Part shown: positions 26,301-32,707 of the stretch, one piece after another
How the letters are laid out: each line of letters starts with the position of its first letter
Position numbering within the stretch: position 1 is the first letter of the stretch
DNA from: a virus
Lineage: Duplodnaviria > Caudoviricetes
Length of the DNA stretch: 40,571 nt
Virus record (IMG/VR): IMGVR_UViG_3300016265_001829
Span: 1 to 40,571 of that record
Reading direction: 5' to 3' (one strand)
The notes under the pieces: generated by a model
The model's database searches: none
What the model was told of the DNA's origin: nothing
The model's input: only the letters and a program-made list of their open reading frames with translations
Made by a program: the position numbers and the translations under genes

Positions 26301-26580
26301 TGTAAGTTTCCGTAGTTGTAGAATTGCGCGGTCCCTTTCCCTGAGTTTGAGTCTCGGTGGTAACGACTTCCTCTGGGGGAAAAGTACCAAAGATTAAAAT
26401 CCCTGATACTCTCCCCAATCCCCAAACGTCGGAAATAATGTCACCGTAGCTACCCCGTGGCTCGGTAAAATTATCTATTTTTCCCTGTTGTACTTTTTCG
26501 TTTCGACTTGGTTGCAAAAGTGCCGAAACACCAGTTAAGGCTAGGCTAATAGCGGCACTAATTAAAATTTCTGCGGTCAT
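23389..26580 (-). CDS. Host-specificity/central tail tip protein (J/GTA megatron-like) with IPT/TIG and C-terminal beta-helix-like domains
   Basis: AYRGRTYIV..LEEFGN, LEAGDVI, EILDFQNA; IPT domain (INDFSPRQGAIGTTVTITG); AFLTIQKAID..IQIADGTY. Confidence 0.87.
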   Translation of the reverse strand: MTAEILISAAISLALTGVSALLQPSRNEKVQQGKIDNFTEPRGSYGDIISDVWGLGRVSGILIFGTFPPEEVVTTETQTQGKGPRNSTTTETYTYFGNFAFLLCTKSTEVKEIRFNSKLVYKDGVTDPIISSGGGSIRVYNGSDTQTVDSLLSAELGDAALAYRGRTYIVCEGIPLEEFGNSYPQCSAIVRNGSPKLSEVISNICLQSSDLVSDDIEVSELTSIDVRGFQTNSEGTIAEKLQALQKIHFFDLIDTGSTLRFQTQFRPTASASIPVALMGAHEENGERPRPWRESRPDLTQLPSRVEVKFLDVDRNLEPNVIQSVIFPDADHTRVESIDFTGALSTSEAKAIADRTLWRIWTSARTQEFSLPPRYANLEAGDVIEVELYGSESQQLQIESLSYGANHLLQIKTKAYNPLIYGWSETNSAPDDPDNPSPPPLPPTPPRDTPLPIVSPTTLRVLDIPLAYPTDVPGIYAFADGDANWRNASLYLSRDLGVTYDFVANFITRSIFGTAQTIFNGTAVDIRVPFHASLASISEALFLEGKNRALLGNEILDFQNASLTGNQGTDRIYQLTAPFTRGLSGTPQIHAANFYLLSGYKLNLPAQRSDIGKTFYFKAVSPGQALADVAPVILLFQGKAFQVVINDFSPRQGAIGTTVTITGLGFTGATAVSFNNVPAQSFTVINDTTITAVVATGTTTGKIRVTAPLGVGISAVDFTIINDASMLSIQDEGNLVGARPTLNFIGPNVAAVNNSIDNRIDITVSPPTIQDEGNLVGARPTLNFIGPNVTAVNNSIDNRIDITVSSGRELLTSNRTYFVRADGNNNNNGLTNNSSGAFLTIQKAIDVAASLDLGVYDAIIQIADGTYTITRAIELKSIIGSGQIIIRGNTTTPSNVIIFGNNCSVFQSTATNGITLLEGIRITASSSGNGMTVALGATVHLSNIEFHAVPWFHVALAGGMVVCTNNYSVTGDPGFGHILCEWNGLFLCQGRTVTVSGRNFGTSNGFVFAQWDGLVDFVNCSFTGSATGKQYTANNGGKIRGSVTGNFPGNLSGTTSNGGFYGIF
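24170..24401. repeat. Tandem duplication, 2 x 112 bp, 120-bp period
   Basis: 24170-24281 and 24290-24401 differ at one base; in-frame 40-codon unit IQDEGNLVGARPTLNFIGPNVxAVNNSIDNRIDITVS. Confidence 0.95.
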
Positions 26581-26622
26581 TATTTTGTGATATTATAGTT
26601 AATATTTCCTAGACCCTTGTAA

Positions 26623-26652
26623 TTCTCAGAAGCAATTCTGGGAGTTTTTTTT
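26623..26652 (+). terminator. Rho-independent terminator
   Basis: TTCTCAGAA-GCAA-TTCTGGGAG followed by T8. Confidence 0.65.
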
Positions 26653-26778
26653 ATGAATAAAGAAGAAATAAAAGAAAAGTTGGTTAAGTTGTTGCTCTTG
26701 ATTAAATATTTACCTGCTGAAGGGTTAGATGAAGCTATTGAAGATTTAGAAAGAATTACTAAGTTTTATCAAAAATAA
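26653..26778 (+). CDS. Small helical protein, 41 aa (not in ORF track)
   Basis: MNKEEIKEKLVKLLLLIKYLPAEGLDEAIEDLERITKFYQK*; GGAG 8 nt upstream of the ATG. Confidence 0.55.
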   Translation: MNKEEIKEKLVKLLLLIKYLPAEGLDEAIEDLERITKFYQK

Positions 26779-26806
26779 GCTTTGCGCTCCGAGATACGCA
26801 AAGCTT
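26777..26806 (-). terminator. Stem-loop ending leftward transcription
   Basis: AAGCTTTGCG-N10-CGCAAAGCTT perfect inverted repeat, followed by ATTTTT on the minus strand. Confidence 0.6.
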
Positions 26807-26808
26807 GC

Positions 26809-26840
26809 AACCTATAAACTCAGGTTTATTATATCAAATT
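26809..26840 (-). repeat. 32-bp direct repeat copy 1, containing an extended -10 box
   Basis: AACCTATAAACTCAGGTTTATTATATCAAATT; the minus strand reads TGATATAAT. Confidence 0.9.
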
Positions 26841-27208
26841 GGTTTGTATCTTTCATCGTAGCTACCTTCCACTAAAAAGTTTGAAGCTATTGCCACAGAC
26901 AACATAAAAAGATCCCAGTTTTCTCGAAGACATTTAGGGATAAAAATACCTGTTACTATTAAAAACATACTTGTTGCTATATTGAATTTAAGCTGATCCA
27001 ACCAATTACGTTTTTTAATTGGTTTTTGTATGTTGCTTAACAATAAATTCATCTTGCCATTCTTGATGGTTTTATAATAAAAATCTTTCAAAACCGTTGA
27101 TTTAGGATTTTGTTTTGCTTCATTTACTAAATCATTGACGTATTTCTTAGCTTCATCAGGTAAATCAAGAAATTTGTCTTGAACTCTCATTGCGCGATTA
27201 ATATCCAT
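26834..27208 (-). CDS. Hypothetical membrane protein (two C-terminal hydrophobic helices)
   Basis: 124-aa AT-rich ORF bracketed by the 32-bp repeats. Confidence 0.7.
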   Translation of the reverse strand: MDINRAMRVQDKFLDLPDEAKKYVNDLVNEAKQNPKSTVLKDFYYKTIKNGKMNLLLSNIQKPIKKRNWLDQLKFNIATSMFLIVTGIFIPKCLRENWDLFMLSVAIASNFLVEGSYDERYKPI

Positions 27209-27216
27209 AAACTTAG

Positions 27217-27248
27217 AACCTGTAAACTCAGGTTTATTATATCAAATT
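27217..27248 (-). repeat. 32-bp direct repeat copy 2, containing an extended -10 box
   Basis: AACCTGTAAACTCAGGTTTATTATATCAAATT; 31/32 identical to copy 1. Confidence 0.9.
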
Positions 27249-27588
27249 ATTCAAACCAGACAAACCTGTGATGGCAGTCCTGGCAATAAAATTGCTGATT
27301 TCCTGCCTTAGTATCGGGTAATTGGTGAAGATTTTGACTGTGGCACTTAGGACAATGTTTTCCCTCTGGGGGAAGTAATTCCCCTAACTCCAAACACCGA
27401 TAAACTTTATAAACAGCGCGGCGCACGCTCTCTTGTTGTACGCCTAACTTTTCGGCTAATTTTTTACTGCATTTGTACCGATAAAGCCGGTGCTTTTCGG
27501 TAAGGGGAAGCGGAAGCATTCCGTAGAAATCAGCCCACGCCCGATAAATGTTAGCTTGTCTTGGTGTAATTTTAGAAGGCATAATCAC
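27247..27588 (-). CDS. HTH plus zinc-ribbon protein
   Basis: SKKLAEKLGVQQESVRRAV HTH-like segment; CPKC..GNQQFYCQDC InsA-like zinc ribbon. Confidence 0.7.
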   Translation of the reverse strand: MIMPSKITPRQANIYRAWADFYGMLPLPLTEKHRLYRYKCSKKLAEKLGVQQESVRRAVYKVYRCLELGELLPPEGKHCPKCHSQNLHQLPDTKAGNQQFYCQDCHHRFVWFE

Positions 27589-28130
27589 AAGCTATTTTTG
27601 CGAATAAATCCTACATATCGAGCATAATCAAATCCTTGAGGATCGACTACAATTGGATTACCAGATGGGGAAGTAACAAGCAGACAGTTTTTTTCGCCTC
27701 CTTTACCTTTTAACCAGTCGTAACTAGATAAAAGCGAGTGCTTAAATTCTTCAAAATGCTGATCGGATAAAATAATTTTTTCCGTAATAATCACAGTTGT
27801 AGTATCGCAATGATATTGCTTTAAATATTCCTCAATAGTGTTATTTTTGTTAATTTCTGGAAATTTGACACGCGCTTTAATTTTAACGGATTCGATGCTA
27901 ATAGGTTTAATCGGTGCATTTTCAAGTTTTAATTCAAGCTGACGGTAAACAGTACGAGTTTTAGGCTGTCTTTTTTTGACGGCTACAATAACTATAGCTT
28001 TTTGCTGAATTGCTTCAATGGCGGCTTCTACTGCTAAAATTTTAATCACTAATTTGGCTTTATTGCGAGTGCCACGAGCGACTCGTAATTGAGCGTTTAA
28101 GTGGTTTAACTTTGTTTCTAGCGTGTTCAT
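27585..28130 (-). CDS. Hypothetical protein (C-terminal VDPQGFDYARYVG motif, DUF6329-like)
   Basis: 181-aa ORF with SD GGAGA; family recalled from the motif, not searched. Confidence 0.7.
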   Translation of the reverse strand: MNTLETKLNHLNAQLRVARGTRNKAKLVIKILAVEAAIEAIQQKAIVIVAVKKRQPKTRTVYRQLELKLENAPIKPISIESVKIKARVKFPEINKNNTIEEYLKQYHCDTTTVIITEKIILSDQHFEEFKHSLLSSYDWLKGKGGEKNCLLVTSPSGNPIVVDPQGFDYARYVGFIRKNSL

Positions 28131-28134
28131 TTTG

Positions 28135-28229
28135 ATCTCCTATTTGTCCTATTTGTCCATACTTTTAATATATCCCCCAATTCCATATCGTAGGGGTTAA
28201 ACTGTGACACTATCTTAAGTGCCACAGTT
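28135..28229 (-). promoter_or_regulatory. ~95-bp expression element copy 1 (palindrome, -10, SD)
   Basis: Imperfect direct repeat of 28648-28742; inverted repeat AACTGTGACACT-N6-AGTGCCACAGTT at 28200-28229. Confidence 0.8.
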
Positions 28230-28240
28230 GCGAAACTACT

Positions 28241-28642
28241 TTAAATTTTGTCTGTATCACAAATAGGAGAACCGTACCCTCTAACAGTCCAATTCATACC
28301 GCTGTATGTGCGAATGCGGGAAATTCTCCCGTTATCATCAACATCAACTATTGCTTTTTCGGTAGGAATTTCCCCCCAATTAAAAGTTAAATACCCATAA
28401 TAGGGTTTCCCTACAAAGGACTTTAGAAGTCCTAAATTTCTCCAGTTGTCTTGAATCTGTACAGGAGGAACGTAATCAGCCTCGAACATTTCCCCTGTAC
28501 AAATCTTGCGGACTTTTGAACCGCAATAATACCAATAGCCGTCTTTAACAGCTATTTCTGATAGCGGTTCCCAGGTTTTACAGGGAGATGGTTGATAGGT
28601 TAAAACAGTCCATTGTTTTAACTCTGCTAAATTGTTTGTCAT
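28241..28642 (-). CDS. Hypothetical protein
   Basis: Start moved to ATG 28642 (MTNNLAE), behind the SD in the repeated element. Confidence 0.7.
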   Translation of the reverse strand: MTNNLAELKQWTVLTYQPSPCKTWEPLSEIAVKDGYWYYCGSKVRKICTGEMFEADYVPPVQIQDNWRNLGLLKSFVGKPYYGYLTFNWGEIPTEKAIVDVDDNGRISRIRTYSGMNWTVRGYGSPICDTDKI

Positions 28643-28647
28643 AATTA

Positions 28648-28742
28648 ATCTCCTATTTCCTATTTGTCCATACTTTAATCTAATCACCTATTCCCATATC
28701 ATAGGGGTTAGTCTGTGACACTCTCTCAACTGTCACAGACTA
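28648..28742 (-). promoter_or_regulatory. ~95-bp expression element copy 2
   Basis: Perfect inverted repeat TAGTCTGTGACA-N10-TGTCACAGACTA at 28709-28742, overlapping the integrase stop. Confidence 0.8.
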
Positions 28743-29794
28743 GACCAGATTCTGTGCATGGCAATCTCATCAATATATTTCTGATAATGATTGACGTGAA
28801 TATCAATGCTGTGACCCATCCACTTAGCGGCAATGCTGGAATCTATCCCCAAGACGGCGCACCGGACTGCGTAGGCATCCCGAAGACTGTAGGGAACCAC
28901 ACCGAGATTCCTTTGCTTGAATCCCACAGAAATTTTATTACCTAGAGAGGTGTTGGAAAGTTCCCCCTCTAGATTAAAGTTGGGGAGATTGCCATGGGCA
29001 AGGTCAAATTTTTCGAGCCAATGGGCTGGCACGGGATAAACCGATCGCGCCCCTGATTTGGTATCCTCGGCAACCTTGATCACTGGCAGCTTAGAAAGAT
29101 CAATGTGGAACAACTCATGAGGGCGCAGTCCATAAGTGGCAAGGATGCCAAATATCCAGCGCCAATTGGGATTGTTGATGCTTTCCCAGATTCTTTCGAT
29201 TTCCTCGTCATTAGGAACATAGCGATCGCTTTTTGGCTTGTATTTGCCCTTAAGAATCTTCCAGTCGTCGGGCAGTGGAACTTTAAGATAGCGGGCAAAA
29301 AACCCAAGGGCTAAATGGGCGCGCTTGCGGTAGAAAGTATCCGCAGGATAGGCTACCAAAGCCTCTCGGAGTAGTTGGGTGGTGACTGCCTTATTTTCTG
29401 GCAGTTTTTTCAAAAATCTCAAGTAATTCTCCCGGAAAGCCTCCTCTCGACCTACGGTTCGGCCTCTGGTTTCCCAGTACCATGCCTCAAATTTTTTCAG
29501 GGCATCTTTGACCAGTATTCCCCCATCATCGGGTAGATCAGCCCAGTCGGACCATTTAAACTTTTCCAGATTTAAGTCGCTCTCTAATCTTTGAGCGCGG
29601 GCCTTGGCTACTCGCAAGCCGTCGAGATTGTTTGGTAAGCCTGTAGATATCCTGTGTTGTTTATTTTTGCCGCTGCCATCCTTTGCGGGTAAAGTGGCGA
29701 CCAATGACAAGCGATCGCCCCTAATTTGGATTTTTACTCGTTTAAGGGTTTCATTGATTTGGGTCAGGAGTTCGGTCTCGGTTAGCTTCTTCAA
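28733..29794 (-). CDS. int: Tyrosine integrase, cyanobacterial type
   Basis: YGLRPHE, TKSG, YSLR, WMGHS and HY catalytic residues; N-terminal arm-binding region LSLVATLP. Confidence 0.93.
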   Translation of the reverse strand: MKKLTETELLTQINETLKRVKIQIRGDRLSLVATLPAKDGSGKNKQHRISTGLPNNLDGLRVAKARAQRLESDLNLEKFKWSDWADLPDDGGILVKDALKKFEAWYWETRGRTVGREEAFRENYLRFLKKLPENKAVTTQLLREALVAYPADTFYRKRAHLALGFFARYLKVPLPDDWKILKGKYKPKSDRYVPNDEEIERIWESINNPNWRWIFGILATYGLRPHELFHIDLSKLPVIKVAEDTKSGARSVYPVPAHWLEKFDLAHGNLPNFNLEGELSNTSLGNKISVGFKQRNLGVVPYSLRDAYAVRCAVLGIDSSIAAKWMGHSIDIHVNHYQKYIDEIAMHRIWSSL

Positions 29795-29978
29795 TGGCTT
29801 TATCCAATTCGTTTGCTCTTCTTTCGGCTTCTCTTACGCCTCTCTCTAATTCTGGAAAGCTATTGTTTTGGGCAATGCCAAAAACATTCTTCCAAGCTTC
29901 TACGGCTAAAAATCCAAGTACAAAAATCAGCACAATTCGCACGATTATGCTGTCAAGCTTCTGTTTTTCGTTATTCAT
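29751..29978 (-). CDS. Small single-pass membrane protein in the repressor-integrase operon
   Basis: IIVRIVLIFVLGFLAV helix followed by a coiled coil; starts 2 nt after the repressor stop. Confidence 0.7.
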   Translation of the reverse strand: MNNEKQKLDSIIVRIVLIFVLGFLAVEAWKNVFGIAQNNSFPELERGVREAERRANELDKAIEEANRDRTPDPNQ

Positions 29979-29980
29979 CG

Positions 29981-30325
29981 TTAGGCATACTCCAAAGTGT
30001 TAACTAGGTATTTTAGCAAGGCCAGTTTTTCTGTATTAGGCAGTTGAGCGGCAATGAGAATCACATCTTCTGCTTTTTCTGGTTGTGATTGAGGTGTAGG
30101 CAGTTCCCGCCCATCCAACTGAGCCGCTAACTGAAAAACGGAAATATTTAAGAACTTGGCAATTTTAGCTAAATTTTCGTGATCCGGAAAAGATTCGCCT
30201 CGAAAATACGTTCCCACGGCTTGAATTGGAATCCCCATCGCTTTGGCTAACTCAGATCGAGAATCGTAATTAACAGCAAGAGACTCTAACAGTTGCTGTA
30301 AACGGATTTTGCGTTGGTTTTTCAT
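29981..30325 (-). CDS. XRE-family HTH repressor (CI-like, no S24 domain)
   Basis: SRSELAKAMGIPIQAVGTYFRGESFPDHENLAKIAKFL; divergent from the early operon. Confidence 0.85.
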   Translation of the reverse strand: MKNQRKIRLQQLLESLAVNYDSRSELAKAMGIPIQAVGTYFRGESFPDHENLAKIAKFLNISVFQLAAQLDGRELPTPQSQPEKAEDVILIAAQLPNTEKLALLKYLVNTLEYA

Positions 30326-30361
30326 TGGCTACTACTCTAACTGTACCTACAGCAATGATAA

Positions 30362-30379
30362 CAAACTTCATGAAGTTTG
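30362..30379. promoter_or_regulatory. Candidate operator, perfect 18-bp palindrome
   Basis: CAAACTTCATGAAGTTTG in the divergent intergenic region. Confidence 0.65.
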
Positions 30380-30408
30380 AACCGTATTCCCAAAAACAGA
30401 TAAAAATA

Positions 30409-30438
30409 TTGACTAAAGTGTGCTGTTGTTAGTAATAT
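30409..30438 (+). promoter_or_regulatory. Rightward early promoter
   Basis: TTGACT-N18-TAATAT, with TGTTGTT/AACAACA inverted repeats flanking the -10. Confidence 0.55.
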
Positions 30439-30468
30439 AAGTAAACAACAACATTAAACCATCTGCTT

Positions 30469-30753
30469 ATGCCAACTTTGATAGACAGAATCGAAGCGAT
30501 CGAGCGAGCAATCGCCGAACAGCAACGACGAATTGACTTAATGGTTGAAAACCAAGAGGTAAGGGAGTTTGTGCCGCTTTCCCAAGCCGCAGTCGCACTG
30601 AGCCTCTCTAATGAGTGGCTGAGAATCAAGATTAAGGATGCGAAAGCTTTCCCAAAACAATCCCCCTATAAAGAAGGAATCCACTGGAAACAAGTCCAGC
30701 GCGGCGATTCCTATCGGTATTTAATCAATATTCGCGAATGGGGGAAATTATGA
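30469..30753 (+). CDS. Putative Xis/Cro-like winged-helix DNA-binding protein
   Basis: FVPLSQAAVALSLSNEWLR..EGIHW..YLINI; first gene divergent from the repressor. Confidence 0.6.
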   Translation: MPTLIDRIEAIERAIAEQQRRIDLMVENQEVREFVPLSQAAVALSLSNEWLRIKIKDAKAFPKQSPYKEGIHWKQVQRGDSYRYLINIREWGKL

Positions 30754-31007
30754 GCTTTCCTTACGAAGTCAGACCTATTGTCCGATCGCTCTCGGAAATC
30801 CGAAAAATTAACCCTAGAACTGGCGTAAAAGGCGATTTACAAGCAATTTACTGCATCGGCAAACAAAACAGAGAATTATTTTTCCGACTTGTCTGGCTTG
30901 AGTACGGTTATGAGTTGTCTAAGTACAAGCAATCGTTTTCCATCGCTCACGTAGTTCACGAAGTCCATGAAGGGCAAACCTTCACTATTTTGAGGGTTTT
31001 GCCATGA
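30750..31007 (+). CDS. Hypothetical protein
   Basis: ATGA coupling at both ends. Confidence 0.65.
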   Translation: MSFPYEVRPIVRSLSEIRKINPRTGVKGDLQAIYCIGKQNRELFFRLVWLEYGYELSKYKQSFSIAHVVHEVHEGQTFTILRVLP

Positions 31008-32500
31008 CCATTCAGTTAACCCTTTTTGATTACCAAGAGCTTGATTCTGAGACTCGTATAGTAGTCCAGCAAAAAACCCAGGAAATCAAGGTTTTAATGC
31101 GTCGGACTGCCCAAGACGTTTTCGATATTGGTCAGAAACTCAGCGAAATCAAAGCTCGCTTAGGCCATGGACACTTCGGCAATTGGTTAAAAGCTGAATT
31201 CGAGTGGTCTGACAGAACTGCCCAAAATTTCATCCGAGTTTACGAATCCTTTAAATCCGAAAATGTTTCGGATTTGAATTTTTCCCAGACCGCTCTCTAT
31301 GTGTTAGCGGCCGCTCCCGAAGAGGCAAGACTTGAAGCGATCAAGCTTGCCAAAGAAAAAGCGATTCCTTTGGCAGAAGTCAAAAAAATCGCAGAAAAAC
31401 ATAAAACCAAATCTGATCCTAACTCTAATCCATGCTTACCCAACTCGACCTCTGTAGCGGCTACGGGTGCGGATTCCCCCTTGCCGGACTGTTTCGCGGA
31501 AAAATCCGACTCATTGGAGTTGCCGAAAACGACAAGGACATTATTGAAGTCCTCGAACAGCGATTCCCGGATGCCGAACAGTGTGGAGACATCCACAGAT
31601 TTAAGTGGGAAAAATGGGGAAACCGACCCGATCTCATCACCTGTTCCCCACCCTGCCAACCCTTCAGCTTACAGGGAGACAGAAAAGGATCAGCCGACGA
31701 GCGAGACTGCATCCCCGGAATCCTTAGAATCCTCGACCTTCTCAAGCCCCGATACTTCGCCCTCGAAAACGTCCCCGGAATCCTTAGCTGTCCCTTCCGA
31801 CCCGGAGATCAGCCCGGTACTTATTTCGCCCGATTGCTCCACAGACTGGACCAAAGCGGGTTTGATGCGGAATGGCAATGTGTTTCCTCAGCAGACTTTG
31901 GAGCGCCCTTCAAACGGGAAAGAGTATTACTTGTTGCCGTCGCCCGGAGCGCTGTCAAGCCCGAATGGTACGAAACAGCCTGGGCAGACCAAATTGGAAG
32001 CGTGGCTGAAAGAAGTCGGAGCGCTATCCCAGAAACAAGTATTGAATCCGGAAATCTTGGAGAAAGCCTTCGCACTGCCCTTGGGGTGGACAGACCCCTG
32101 GGAATCGCGTCCGGCACAAGAACTGTCCGCAACCGTAGGGCAGGACTGGGGAATAGTCTTGACCCAAGAGTTGCTGGAGCCGCAATCGATCGCCTCCTCT
32201 GGATCGATGCTAACTATCGAATTTAAACAGGGCGAAAAAGTTAAAGCCCTTAAAGTACCCGGGTTAATCGGGGAAGTGCAATCAGTTACAGGTGATTACG
32301 CTTCCGTGCTATGGCATAGCGGCGAAACCAGCAATATTTCTGTTAGTGAATTGGAACAATTTGACCCTGAGTTAAAAACAGGCGATCGGATCAAAATCAC
32401 TGGCGAAATTACTGCAAAAGTTGGTGATAACTTGGCTGTAATTCGTTTGGATTGCGGTCAAGTTATCGAAATTCCCTGGTCTTTTGTATTACCCCAATAG
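31004..32500 (+). CDS. DUF3102-like domain, methyltransferase beta-like segment and two SH3/KOW-like repeats
   Basis: IGQKLSEIKARLGHGHFGNWLKAEFEWSDRTAQNFIRVY (DUF3102-like); WTKAGLMRNG and LNPEILEKAFALPLGWT; C-terminal FKQGEKV and LKTGDRI barrels. Confidence 0.75.
   Translation: MTIQLTLFDYQELDSETRIVVQQKTQEIKVLMRRTAQDVFDIGQKLSEIKARLGHGHFGNWLKAEFEWSDRTAQNFIRVYESFKSENVSDLNFSQTALYVLAAAPEEARLEAIKLAKEKAIPLAEVKKIAEKHKTKSDPNSNPCLPNSTSVAATGADSPLPDCFAEKSDSLELPKTTRTLLKSSNSDSRMPNSVETSTDLSGKNGETDPISSPVPHPANPSAYRETEKDQPTSETASPESLESSTFSSPDTSPSKTSPESLAVPSDPEISPVLISPDCSTDWTKAGLMRNGNVFPQQTLERPSNGKEYYLLPSPGALSSPNGTKQPGQTKLEAWLKEVGALSQKQVLNPEILEKAFALPLGWTDPWESRPAQELSATVGQDWGIVLTQELLEPQSIASSGSMLTIEFKQGEKVKALKVPGLIGEVQSVTGDYASVLWHSGETSNISVSELEQFDPELKTGDRIKITGEITAKVGDNLAVIRLDCGQVIEIPWSFVLPQ
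31432..32226 (+). CDS. C5-cytosine DNA methyltransferase, alpha-type chain lacking motif IX, nested in an alternative frame
   Basis: Motif I DLCSGYG, II AEND, III GDI, IV SPPCQPFS, VI ENVPG, VIII KRERVLLVA, X GLGNSLDP. Confidence 0.92.
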   Translation: MLTQLDLCSGYGCGFPLAGLFRGKIRLIGVAENDKDIIEVLEQRFPDAEQCGDIHRFKWEKWGNRPDLITCSPPCQPFSLQGDRKGSADERDCIPGILRILDLLKPRYFALENVPGILSCPFRPGDQPGTYFARLLHRLDQSGFDAEWQCVSSADFGAPFKRERVLLVAVARSAVKPEWYETAWADQIGSVAERSRSAIPETSIESGNLGESLRTALGVDRPLGIASGTRTVRNRRAGLGNSLDPRVAGAAIDRLLWIDANYRI

Positions 32501-32509
32501 GAGGCAAAA

Positions 32510-32692
32510 ATGCAAAAAGTAAACGCAGCAATTGTTTTCATGGAAACAAACCAAACAACTTTTGAAAATATTGAAGATTTGGATCAAGTCAAGATTATTG
32601 GCGAAATCATCTCCGTTAGTGGAGATAAAGCGGTGGTTGATTTTGGCTTTCAAATGCTTGAAGTTCCTTTGTTTTTTTTATTACCCCAATAG
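32510..32692 (+). CDS. Small SH3/KOW-like protein, paralogous to the C-terminus of 31004..32500
   Basis: VKIIGEI..GDKAVV..EVPLFFLLPQ versus IKITGEI..GDNLAVI..EIPWSFVLPQ; SD GGAGG. Confidence 0.75.
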   Translation: MQKVNAAIVFMETNQTTFENIEDLDQVKIIGEIISVSGDKAVVDFGFQMLEVPLFFLLPQ

Positions 32693-32707
32693 GAGCATTA
32701 TCAGGAA

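Noticed and set aside
23362-26620. Invertase-controlled flipping of the tail-tip gene
   Set aside because: No serine invertase and no convincing inverted repeats at the boundaries.
27247-27588. IS1 element
   Set aside because: Only a zinc ribbon; no InsB/DDE frame, terminal inverted repeats or target duplication seen.
26809-28742. CRISPR mini-array
   Set aside because: Only two copies of each repeat, separated by whole genes of ~400 bp rather than spacers; no cas genes.
28709-28742. CRP-type binding site
   Set aside because: TGTGA and TCACA are 14 bp apart rather than 6.
31380-31434. Frameshift fusing DUF3102 to the methyltransferase alpha chain
   Set aside because: The methyltransferase frame has TAA two codons before its ATG, downstream of the A-runs.
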